NCBI GenBank assembly: GCA_021108255.1
Contig: JAIORG010000072.1
Location: forward strand, 95 to 64,094
Length of the DNA: 64,000 nucleotides
Reading direction: 5' to 3'
Source: Anaerolineales bacterium
GTDB taxonomy: Bacteria; Chloroflexota; Anaerolineae; Anaerolineales; UBA11858
Part shown: positions 17,421-26,340 of the stretch, in pieces
Layout: each line of letters starts with the position of its first letter
Position numbering within the stretch: position 1 is the stretch's first letter
Position numbers and translations under genes: made by a program
Notes under the pieces: generated by a model
The model's input: the letters and a program-made list of their open reading frames with translations, nothing else
Told to the model about the DNA's origin: nothing
Database searches by the model: none

Positions 17421-17921
17421 ATGACAAAAAAAATCCTGGTTCCCCTGACAAAATCGGCATTCAGTCATAAGGTATTACGAGAAGTCGAGAAATTTATCCC
17501 GCCTAAAGACAGCAAACTTATCCTGTATTATATAACCAGATCGCCAAAAGGGTCGGGGTTTGCCGCTACCGATTATCGTTCTGATTATGCGCTTGAGCCA
17601 GACGGTGAGCCACTGGGGCCAAAAGCTCATCCCGTTTTTCCCAGCCAAGAAGAAGATAGTATCCAATCTGAGGTTGAGGTTGCCCTACTCTCGGTGACGA
17701 ATGATTTGAAAGAAAAAGGGTATGATGTTTCCATCCAGATTTGCTTCGTAAACGAGGTTGTCAGTGAGATTGTGCGTATTGTAAAACGCGACAAAATCGA
17801 CTTGATTGCCATGTCTACGCGAGCGCGTGTGGGTGTCCGACATTTCTTTTTTTCTAATATAGCAGAGAAGGTTCTCGAACAAGTAGATATTCCTATGCTG
17901 CTAATTCATCCCAAAGGATAA
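17421..17921 (+). CDS. Universal stress protein (UspA family)
   Basis: Usp fold motifs KILVPL... and the C-terminal DLIAMSTRARVG...S..EKVL....PMLLI. AAGGAG lies upstream. Confidence 0.85.
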   Translation: MTKKILVPLTKSAFSHKVLREVEKFIPPKDSKLILYYITRSPKGSGFAATDYRSDYALEPDGEPLGPKAHPVFPSQEEDSIQSEVEVALLSVTNDLKEKGYDVSIQICFVNEVVSEIVRIVKRDKIDLIAMSTRARVGVRHFFFSNIAEKVLEQVDIPMLLIHPKG

Positions 17922-18037
17922 CTTTAGGCTTTATGAATTTAATAAATGAAGGGCTGAAAAGGTGTGCAAATGTTGGATCGCCCACACCCCTTGCTTTGTA
18001 TTTCCCCCTTCAATCTGTGTAAATCCTGACTCGTCAC

Positions 18038-18352
18038 ATGGGCATTAATCCAGTAAGCAAATTCTCACAGTTAATCAATATTAATTTACCAAAAATTGAA
18101 CCGATCGTTTTTGATGCAGCAATTGCCCAAAAACTGTGTAATCGCATAGATGGTATCCAGTTGCATGCTCATTCCTATTCGCTCATCCATAACCTGACAC
18201 ACGGATCGCTCAAACCAACCGACGTCCTGGGATTTGCTTACCAGCACGAGAAGTTAAAGTCTACGGAAATCGCACAAAAGCTGAAAGAAGTTGATCATCC
18301 CCGGATCAATGCCTTGTTCGACTTCACGAGCATGATCAATGCTTACGAGTAG
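18038..18352 (+). CDS. Hypothetical protein (104 aa)
   Basis: ORF only, with no SD sequence and no motif I recognise. Confidence 0.3.
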   Translation: MGINPVSKFSQLININLPKIEPIVFDAAIAQKLCNRIDGIQLHAHSYSLIHNLTHGSLKPTDVLGFAYQHEKLKSTEIAQKLKEVDHPRINALFDFTSMINAYE

Positions 18353-18373
18353 CCTTTACCTGCCCTAAGAATA

Positions 18374-18823
18374 ATGGCTCCCTATACTCGTCAGGTTCAT
18401 TTAAAGGGCGCAAAAGCGATCAAGGAGGGAAAAGGTTATGGGCAAGCAGGAGTGGTGCAGGGTTCAGTCGAAGATGAAATGCCCTATGCGCGTATGTTGT
18501 ATGAACTGCTGATGCTGGGGGAGACAAAACCACAAGTGATCTGTTTTGTATTGGAGCAAGAGGTGAATTATTATGCCCCAGCTTATCGACGCGCGGATGA
18601 AGGAGAAAATCTGATTATCCCGTTTAGAAAACCCAGCGAAACCCCTTATAATGAAGAAGATGGCGAAAGGATATTACTGAATGAGAGACGCTGGGTGAGC
18701 AATCAGGTAAATTTTATCAAGCGCTTGCTGGCAGAAATGCACTGGTTGGCGACCTTATATTTTGAAATCAATAAAAAGGAGATTTCTCAAAATGGGCAAC
18801 AAAGTTGTTTTAGTCCTTTCTGA
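18374..18823 (+). CDS. Hypothetical protein (149 aa)
   Basis: ORF only. Its 3' end overlaps the next gene by 32 nt in another frame, and I recognise no motif. Confidence 0.3.
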   Translation: MAPYTRQVHLKGAKAIKEGKGYGQAGVVQGSVEDEMPYARMLYELLMLGETKPQVICFVLEQEVNYYAPAYRRADEGENLIIPFRKPSETPYNEEDGERILLNERRWVSNQVNFIKRLLAEMHWLATLYFEINKKEISQNGQQSCFSPF

Positions 18824-19604
18824 CGCCTTGCGCTACGACACGGCCGTAGCTAGTATGGGATTTCTGGGGCATTTAGTCGAGGTCAATAAAGCCAATCTTT
18901 ACAAGGTGATAGGTGAACTGCCTTCCATCTCGCGCCCAATGTATGAAACGGTGCACACCGGGGTGCCAGTCATAGAACACGGGGTGGTCTCCAACCAGGT
19001 GGTGCGTCGCTCCGAAGTGCCCAATATCTTCCAGGCCGCGAGAGATGCTGGAAAAACTACCGCGGCAGCGGCTTATTACTGGTTCTCAGAACTCTACAAC
19101 CGTGCTCCCTTCGACCCGATAGATGACCGTGAAGTGGACGACGAATCCTTGCTTATCCAGCACGGACGCTTCTATGTTGAGGACGCCTACCCCGATGCTG
19201 AGTTATTCGCCATAGCTGGGGCATTGGTACGCAAGTTTGAACCAGAATATTTGCTAGTTCACCCGATGGGGATGGATGATTTCGGACATAAGTACGGCGC
19301 GGATTCCAAAGAGTATCGTATCCACGCCATTCGTCAAGACATGATATTGTCCAATCTGATTCCTGAATGGATGGAGCGCGGCTACAATATCCTCGTTACT
19401 GGCGACCACGGCATGAACGCTGATGGGATGCACGGCGGCACCACTCCTGATGTACGCGAAGTACCACTATTTCTCATTCGCCCCGGTGTGCCCGGAGAAG
19501 GGGATACCGGCGAGATAGTCTCTCATCTGCAGCTTGCGCCAACAGTCTGCAAACTGCTTGGCATTCCCATCCCAGAGACGATGAAACAGCCGTCAATTGT
19601 TTAG
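18792..19604 (+). CDS. Alkaline-phosphatase-superfamily hydrolase (nucleotide pyrophosphatase/phosphodiesterase or PhnA-like)
   Basis: AP-superfamily metal and nucleophile motifs are present: LSDALRYD, PSISRP.....HTG..P..HG, HPMGMDDFGHKYG, GDHGM. AAGGAG lies upstream of ATG 18792. Confidence 0.75.
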   Translation: MGNKVVLVLSDALRYDTAVASMGFLGHLVEVNKANLYKVIGELPSISRPMYETVHTGVPVIEHGVVSNQVVRRSEVPNIFQAARDAGKTTAAAAYYWFSELYNRAPFDPIDDREVDDESLLIQHGRFYVEDAYPDAELFAIAGALVRKFEPEYLLVHPMGMDDFGHKYGADSKEYRIHAIRQDMILSNLIPEWMERGYNILVTGDHGMNADGMHGGTTPDVREVPLFLIRPGVPGEGDTGEIVSHLQLAPTVCKLLGIPIPETMKQPSIV

Positions 19605-19874
19605 GGTAGATTTCGGTAAACCTTAATAAATCAAAAACGAGAATGTCATACAAGATCACCTGCAAACCCCTGCATTGCGTATAAGTCAACGGTGATATCA
19701 CCGCCAACACGGCGGGTCTAGAAGGTTTTATTGAGGACCCAATGCCAGCCTTATTGTTATACCACAAGGAGGAGCAGGCTTGCCGGGATGAACCCTTTGA
19801 GGCGAAAAGCTCGAAATGCAGTAGAACAACATCTTGTTATAAACTAACCCAATAACTATTGAATGGGGAGGAAA

Positions 19875-21134
19875 ATGAAAAACAATGCTCGCACTCACTT
19901 AACCCAAGCCTGGTCCCATTACACTGAACTGATGGCCGAACGAGCGGAGGGGATATATATTTATGCAGCCAACGGACGACGCTACCTTGACTTTTCCTCC
20001 GGCATCGGGGTGATCAATACCGGGCACTGTCATCCGGCCGTGGTTGCGGCCGCCCAAGAACAGGTCGCCAAGATGATCCACGGTCAGATCAACATCGTTT
20101 TTCACCAACCGATGCTGGACCTGGTGAGCGAGTTGCTGACGATCGTACCAAAAAGTCTCGATGGCTTCTTTTTCGCCAACAGTGGTGCCGAGGCAGTCGA
20201 GGCGTCCATCAAACTGGCAAGGCAGGCCACCAATCGGCCCAACATCATTGTCTTCCAGGGAGGATTCCACGGTCGTACTGTGGGCACTATGTCGTTGACA
20301 ACCAGCAATACTATCTACCGGGCCGGCTATGGTCCGCTGATGCCTGGCGTTTTCGTCACGCCGTTTCCTTACGTCTACCGGTATGGCTGGAGTTCGGAGG
20401 ACACGGTGGCTTTCTGCTTGCGGGAGTTGAACTTGCTCCTGTCCACTCAGACAGCGCCCCAGGAGACTGCGGCTATATTGGTCGAACCGGTGCTCGGTGA
20501 GGGTGGGTATGTTGTACCGCCAGTGGGTTTCCTCAAGTCAGTGCGACAGATATGTGATGAACATGGCATCCTTTTAATTGCTGATGAAATCCAGTCTGGA
20601 TTTGGCCGGACCGGCCGCTGGTTTGCCCACCAACGCGACGATTTTATACCCGATATCATGGTCATGGCCAAGGGTCTGGCCTCTGGCTTTCCACTAAGCG
20701 GCATCGCCTATCGGTCACCCTTGATGAACAACGCCAGCCCTGGCAGCCACGGTGGCACCTATGGGGGGAACGCGGTCGCCTGTGCTGCGGCTGCAGCCAC
20801 TGTACGGGTGCTACGTGACCAAGCCCTCGTACAGAACAGCGCCAGCATGGGGGAGTATCTTATCGGGCGATTGCGGGACTTGCAAAGCCGATTCCCAGTC
20901 ATTGGAGATGTCCGGGGATTGGGATTGATGATTGGTGTCGAATTCACCACTGCGGAGGGCCAGCCCGACGGTGCAACAGCCAAGGCAGTTCGGCTTCAGT
21001 GTCTGGATGATGGCTTGATAATGCTCACCTGCGGCACGTTCGCTAACGTCATTCGCTGGATACCACCGCTTATCGTCACCGCCGAGCAGATTGACGAGGC
21101 ATTAGCAATTTTTGAAGACGCGCTAAAAGAGTAA
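19875..21134 (+). CDS. Class III (omega) aminotransferase, GabT-like
   Basis: Class III motifs are present: SGIGVINTGHCHP, NSGAEAVE, FHGRT, DEIQSGFGRTG, MAKGLASG (PLP lysine). GGGGAGG lies upstream of ATG 19875. Confidence 0.9.
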   Translation: MKNNARTHLTQAWSHYTELMAERAEGIYIYAANGRRYLDFSSGIGVINTGHCHPAVVAAAQEQVAKMIHGQINIVFHQPMLDLVSELLTIVPKSLDGFFFANSGAEAVEASIKLARQATNRPNIIVFQGGFHGRTVGTMSLTTSNTIYRAGYGPLMPGVFVTPFPYVYRYGWSSEDTVAFCLRELNLLLSTQTAPQETAAILVEPVLGEGGYVVPPVGFLKSVRQICDEHGILLIADEIQSGFGRTGRWFAHQRDDFIPDIMVMAKGLASGFPLSGIAYRSPLMNNASPGSHGGTYGGNAVACAAAAATVRVLRDQALVQNSASMGEYLIGRLRDLQSRFPVIGDVRGLGLMIGVEFTTAEGQPDGATAKAVRLQCLDDGLIMLTCGTFANVIRWIPPLIVTAEQIDEALAIFEDALKE

Positions 21135-21162
21135 TAATATTTACAGACTTGGAGCTGATCTT

Positions 21163-22863
21163 GTGAACATTTGGCGAATCAACACCCGCACCCAAACCCT
21201 GACCATCCAGCCCACCCCTGAGTCGTGGCAACATCTCGGAGGACGTGGTTTGCTGGCGCGCATCCTCGTAGATGAAGTCCCCGCGACTTGCGAACCGCTT
21301 GGAGCGAAAAATAAGCTCATCTTTGCCCCTGGCTTGATGGTTGGACACCGACTCTCTTCCTGTGATCGCATCTCGATTGGTGGCAAATCCCCGCTCACAG
21401 GCGGCGTGAAAGAATCCAACGCAGGCGGCACGACCGGGTTGGCAATTACACATCTTGGCATCAAAGCGCTCATACTCGAAGACAAGCCCGAAAATGATGA
21501 GTGGCAAATTTTGCGTCTTTCTGCTGATGGCGCAACCTTCGACCCTGCGGGCGAGCTGTTCGGGCGGGGTGTCTTTGAAACTGCCCCTCTCCTGCTCGAA
21601 AAATATGGCAAAAAAAATGCCATCGCGCTAATCGGGCAAGGCGGTGAGATGGAATTGCGCGCGGCTGGCATCCAAAATCTCGATAAAGATCTCACCCCCT
21701 CGCGCATCGCGGCGCGCGGCGGACTCGGTGCGCTGATGGGATCGAAACGTATCAAAGCCATCGTGATTGATTTAAGCGGCGGCGCAAAACCGCCTATTGC
21801 CGATCAACCCGCCTTCCGTGCGGCACAAAATACCTATTCAAAATCACTCATGGAGAGCCCGCAAATAGCCACATATCGCGATTTCGGCACCGCCGCCATG
21901 ACTAATATGACCAACCATTTCGGCTGTCTGCCAACGCGCGGCTTTTCCGAAGGTCAGTTTGAAGGCGCAGAAAGAATCGGCGGCGAAAATATGCGCGAAA
22001 CCCTGTTGGCGCGCGGTGGCGAGAGCAACCCTTCCCACTCTTGCATGCCCGGCTGCACCATCCAATGCTCTAATGTCTACGGCGGCGAAGATGGCAAAAC
22101 CCTCGTCTCGCCCCTCGAATATGAAACCATCGGCTTGCTGGGATCGAATCTTGGCATTGACGATCTGGACGTAATCGCCCGCCTGAGTTGGGAAATCAGT
22201 GATCTGGGATTGGACACGATTGAAGTCGGTGCAGCTCTGGGAGTGGCAGCCCAAGCTGGTTTATTGGACTGGGGCGACGGTGAGCGAGCGAGTGAACTTG
22301 TTTCCGAGATCCGAGTAGGTACACCGCTCGGACGGATTCTCGGTAACGGTGCCGCGACAACGGGCAAAGTCCTCGGCGTGGAACGTGTCCCTGTCACCAA
22401 AGGTCAGGCGATGCCCGCCTATGATCCGCGTGCCATCAAGGGGACGGGTGTCACCTACGCCACCTCCCCGCAGGGAGCAGACCACACCTGCGGACTGACG
22501 ATTCGCGCCAAGATCAAGCATACCGACCCCGAAGGGCAAGCTGATATCTCGCGTGGCGGACAAATTAGCATGGCTGGATACGACACTCTCGGCGTGTGCA
22601 TCTTCGCGGGTTTCGGCTTTGCGACTGTACCTGAAACAATCCCTACTCTGCTCAACGCCCGCTACGGCTGGGATGTGGATGAAACTATTTTACAAGAACT
22701 GGGACGCGAAACTCTCAATCTGGAGCGCGAATTCAACAAAAGGGCAGGCTTCACCGTCGCCGATGACCGCCTCCCAGAATGGATGACGCGTGAGCCAGTT
22801 GCACCCACAAATGAGGTTTTCGATGTATCGGAAGAAGATTTGGATAATGTCTTTAATTGGTAA
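21163..22863 (+). CDS. aor: Aldehyde:ferredoxin oxidoreductase family (tungstopterin enzyme)
   Basis: AOR N-terminal domain (LGGRGL, NKLIFAPG, GKSPLTGG), a Cys cluster SCMPGCTIQC plus a distal DTLGVCIF, and GADH. GTG start lies 28 nt after the aminotransferase stop. Confidence 0.9.
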   Translation: MNIWRINTRTQTLTIQPTPESWQHLGGRGLLARILVDEVPATCEPLGAKNKLIFAPGLMVGHRLSSCDRISIGGKSPLTGGVKESNAGGTTGLAITHLGIKALILEDKPENDEWQILRLSADGATFDPAGELFGRGVFETAPLLLEKYGKKNAIALIGQGGEMELRAAGIQNLDKDLTPSRIAARGGLGALMGSKRIKAIVIDLSGGAKPPIADQPAFRAAQNTYSKSLMESPQIATYRDFGTAAMTNMTNHFGCLPTRGFSEGQFEGAERIGGENMRETLLARGGESNPSHSCMPGCTIQCSNVYGGEDGKTLVSPLEYETIGLLGSNLGIDDLDVIARLSWEISDLGLDTIEVGAALGVAAQAGLLDWGDGERASELVSEIRVGTPLGRILGNGAATTGKVLGVERVPVTKGQAMPAYDPRAIKGTGVTYATSPQGADHTCGLTIRAKIKHTDPEGQADISRGGQISMAGYDTLGVCIFAGFGFATVPETIPTLLNARYGWDVDETILQELGRETLNLEREFNKRAGFTVADDRLPEWMTREPVAPTNEVFDVSEEDLDNVFNW

Positions 22864-23073
22864 ATCAGGAATCAGTAGACCAGTTAGACCTAATCCCTAA
22901 TTACCTAATCAACTTAATAAATGTAGAAACTCTATGACTGTTCCGCAGTATGGCTGAAACCGATCTTTCCCAGTCATGTCTGGAGCTATTATTTTTAATT
23001 GAGCACACAAACCCTTTTTTGAGAAAGGTTTATTCAGGAATTGGTGGCGTAGTGATTTATAAAAACAATCGAC

Positions 23074-23102
23074 TTGAATTTCTACGCCACCCCAGATAGA
23101 AT
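23074..23102 (+). promoter_or_regulatory. Candidate promoter of degV
   Basis: TTGAAT (23074-23079), a 17-nt spacer, then TAGAAT (23097-23102). It is partly embedded in a 10-bp-stem hairpin (23043-23091). Confidence 0.3.
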
Positions 23103-23128
23103 AAAGCAATTAAACAAGAGGAGAATCT

Positions 23129-23983
23129 ATGAAACACAAAATAGCCTTGATTACGGACAGCACCTGCGACCTGTCTCTAAATTACAGGAAACAATACGAT
23201 ATTGAAGTTGTCCCCTTGACGATTATTTGGGGGGAGGAGCAATTTCGTGATGGAGTGGATCTGGCACCGGAAGATTTTTACCGGCGGTTGGAAACAGATC
23301 AAGTTATTCCCACTACCTCCCAGCCTACACCACAAGAGATGGTCCAGGTATATGAAAAAGCAAAAAAGAAAGGCGCGGAAGAAATCGTGATTCTCACCAT
23401 CAGCAGCGCTATGAGCGGCACGCACGAATCCGCAAAAAAAGCTGCTGAGCTGGTGGATATTCCAGTCCATGTCCAGGATTCTAAATCCAATACCATGAGC
23501 TTGGGCTGGCAGGTATTGGCCGCCGCCCGAGCCCGCGAAGCCGGGGGAGACGTTCAGGCGATGGTTACTGCCGCAAAACAGGCGCGTGACAACATGGTCT
23601 TAATGATCAGCCTGGACACCTTGAAATTCCTGCACAAAGGGGGGCGTATCGGCGGGGCCAGTCATTTTATTGGTACCCTGTTGAATTTGAAACCGCAAAT
23701 TACGGTCAATCACCAAAGCGGAGAAGTGGAAGGTGGCCGCCGATCACGGACTAGAAAAAAAGCGCTGATAGATCTTTATTCTGATTTTTTTGCCCAGATT
23801 GATTCCAGTAAAAGCCTCCGGGTCGCCGTTCTTCATAACGCTGCCCTTGAAGAGGCGGAAGAGATCGCAAACCGGATTCAGCAAGAGTTCCATCCTGAGG
23901 AACTTGTCCTCGGCTTTGTCTCCCCGGTACTGGGAGTGCATACAGGACCCGGGGCAGTTGCGATTTGCGGCTACACAGAATAA
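23129..23983 (+). CDS. DegV-family fatty-acid-binding protein
   Basis: DegV motifs IALITDSTCDL, TSQP, ISSAMSGT and LKFLHKGGRIG are present. Confidence 0.9.
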   Translation: MKHKIALITDSTCDLSLNYRKQYDIEVVPLTIIWGEEQFRDGVDLAPEDFYRRLETDQVIPTTSQPTPQEMVQVYEKAKKKGAEEIVILTISSAMSGTHESAKKAAELVDIPVHVQDSKSNTMSLGWQVLAAARAREAGGDVQAMVTAAKQARDNMVLMISLDTLKFLHKGGRIGGASHFIGTLLNLKPQITVNHQSGEVEGGRRSRTRKKALIDLYSDFFAQIDSSKSLRVAVLHNAALEEAEEIANRIQQEFHPEELVLGFVSPVLGVHTGPGAVAICGYTE

Positions 23984-24040
23984 CAGACTATCTAGGTGCC
24001 CGATTCAATTATTAATAGAACGAGACATTTTCTTACTGCT

Positions 24041-26173
24041 ATGTCTAATACAAAAAAAATCGCTGAATCCTTGCATATTCCCCTGCCAAAAGTGAATGCA
24101 GTTGTTAAGCTGCTGAATGACGGTAATACCATCCCTTTCATTGCCCGCTACCGGAAAGAAACCACTGGCGGATTGGATGAGGAGCAGCTCCGGCAAATTG
24201 AAGAAAATCTGGCAAGACTTCGATCTTTGCAGAAACGGCGGGAAACAATTGTTAATAGCATTCAGGAACAGGGAAAACTCACTCCGAAAATTAAGGAAAA
24301 TATCCAATCAGCCTCTACTCGTACAGAGTTGGAAGATCTTTATCAGCCCTATAAACCCAAACGGAAAACCAGAGCTGGTACAGCCCGGAAGAATGGTTTG
24401 GAAGGATTGTCCGATCTGATTTCGAAACAGCCGGTAATCAACCAGACGCTGGATGAAGCAGCCAAACCTTTCTTATCCACCCAGGTGAAGACCCTCGAGC
24501 AAGCCTGGCAGGGAGCCAGGGATATTGCCGCTGAAATCATAAGTGATCACCCGGAGACAAGGAAGGTTGTTCGGAAGAAAGCCTTGAGTATCAGCACGTT
24601 AACTACGGAAATGAAAGAGGATACTGATGACCCCAAACAGGTATATCTGGATTACTATGATTTTAAACTCCAGGTAAACCGGCTGCGCCCCCACCAAACA
24701 CTGGCCATTAACCGCGCGGAAAAAGAGGGAGTGTTGAAAGTAAAACTCTCCTTGCCTGAACAAATCTGGCAAAAGGCGGTCTCAGCGCACTTTCCCCAGA
24801 ACCCTTCCTCTCCATTTTCCGGGCAATTATCAAAAGCGATTAATGATGCCGCGAAAAGATTGCTCCTGCCGTCAATTTATAGAGATGTCCGCCGGGCACT
24901 GACAGAAAAAGCAGAAGATCATGCTGTACAAATCTTTGCTAAAAACCTTCATGCTCTGCTTCTCCAGCCCCCCTTAGCCGGACATACTGTGCTGGGTTTG
25001 GACCCCGGTTACCGTACTGGCTGTAAAGTTGCTGTAATTGACCCGACTGGAAAACCTCTCCAAACAGGGGTGATTTATCCCGTCCCTCCCCGCAGCCAAA
25101 TAGAAAAAGCCCGGGACTTCACGAGGGAGCTCATCCGAAAGTATGGCATTACATTGATAGTTATAGGAAACGGGACTGGTTCCAGAGAGACGGAGAATTT
25201 TACAGCGGGGCTGATTAAAGAGTTTGACGATTTGAAATATTTGATAATCAATGAAGCCGGCGCCAGCGTATACAGCGCCAGCAAATTAGCAGGACGTGAA
25301 CTGCCGGACATGGATGTCAGCTTGCGCGGCGCAGTCTCTATAGCTCGACGCGTCCAGGATCCGCTGGCAGAATATGTGAAAATTGACCCCAAATCCCTCG
25401 GTGTCGGCATGTATCAGCACGATCTAGACCAGGCAAAATTAAAGCGGAAATTAACCGATGTTGTGGAAAGCGTGGTCAACCAGGTGGGAGTGGAAATCAA
25501 CACAGCATCTCCAGCTCTCCTGGCGCATATTTCCGGCATTGGCCCCGGACTTGCGGAGAGGATCGTTTCTTATCGGGATGATAAAGGATTGTTTTCTGAA
25601 CGCGACGAATTACTGGAAGTACCCGGAATGGGGGAAAAAACCTATCAGCAAGCGGCTGGTTTTCTGCGCATCCGGGAAGGAGTAAACCCCATCGATGACA
25701 CAGCGATCCACCCGGAAAGTTATCCAGCAGCTTTAGCTGTGCTGGACCTCGCAGGTATTCAAGTAGAAGAAAAACCAAAAATTCGCCAGGCAGCCCTGGT
25801 TGAGCTGAGCCGGGACAAGTCCGCAAAAGATTTGGCCCAAGACCTTAAGGTTGGAGTGCCTACACTGATTGATATCTTCAATCAACTTGCTAAACCGGGA
25901 CGGGATCCAAGGGAAGACCTGCCGAAACCATTCCTGCGGAGTGATGTGTTATCCATGGATGATCTGGTTCAGGGGATGGAACTTCAGGGCACAGTCCAGA
26001 ACGTAGTGGAGTTCGGCGCCTTTGTTGACCTGGGGGTGAAGCAGGATGGCTTGCTGCACCGTACAAAAATCCCGGCCGGAGTGGATCTTAATCTGGGAAA
26101 TATTATCCGTGTGACTATCCTGAGTATAGATAAGGAACGGGGCCGGATTAGCCTGGGATGGGCAGGGGACTGA
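24041..26173 (+). CDS. tex: Tex-like transcription accessory protein (YqgF/HHH/S1 domains)
   Basis: LLNDGNTIPFIARYRKETTGGLDE at the N-terminus, a YqgF-like core (GLDPGYRTGCK), HhH repeats and a C-terminal S1 domain (GTVQNVVEFGAFVDLG). Start set to ATG 24041. Confidence 0.9.
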   Translation: MSNTKKIAESLHIPLPKVNAVVKLLNDGNTIPFIARYRKETTGGLDEEQLRQIEENLARLRSLQKRRETIVNSIQEQGKLTPKIKENIQSASTRTELEDLYQPYKPKRKTRAGTARKNGLEGLSDLISKQPVINQTLDEAAKPFLSTQVKTLEQAWQGARDIAAEIISDHPETRKVVRKKALSISTLTTEMKEDTDDPKQVYLDYYDFKLQVNRLRPHQTLAINRAEKEGVLKVKLSLPEQIWQKAVSAHFPQNPSSPFSGQLSKAINDAAKRLLLPSIYRDVRRALTEKAEDHAVQIFAKNLHALLLQPPLAGHTVLGLDPGYRTGCKVAVIDPTGKPLQTGVIYPVPPRSQIEKARDFTRELIRKYGITLIVIGNGTGSRETENFTAGLIKEFDDLKYLIINEAGASVYSASKLAGRELPDMDVSLRGAVSIARRVQDPLAEYVKIDPKSLGVGMYQHDLDQAKLKRKLTDVVESVVNQVGVEINTASPALLAHISGIGPGLAERIVSYRDDKGLFSERDELLEVPGMGEKTYQQAAGFLRIREGVNPIDDTAIHPESYPAALAVLDLAGIQVEEKPKIRQAALVELSRDKSAKDLAQDLKVGVPTLIDIFNQLAKPGRDPREDLPKPFLRSDVLSMDDLVQGMELQGTVQNVVEFGAFVDLGVKQDGLLHRTKIPAGVDLNLGNIIRVTILSIDKERGRISLGWAGD

Positions 26174-26340
26174 AATCAGCCCCAAAACATTTCTATATTC
26201 TTGCCATTCTTCTCTGAAAAGTTTACCCAGGGAAAGAGATTCGCTAAATCAAGTAGTTCTTAGCGAGTTTAAAGGATGCTAAAATTTACTATAGACCTTA
26301 AACTGTTTATCCCGGTTCAAAAACCCAAAGGATTGAAGAT

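Noticed and set aside
21163-22863. Flagging the AOR Cys spacing (C-x3-C-x3-C in SCMPGCTIQC) as atypical.
   Set aside because: I am not certain enough of the canonical spacing from memory to claim a deviation. It needs an alignment.
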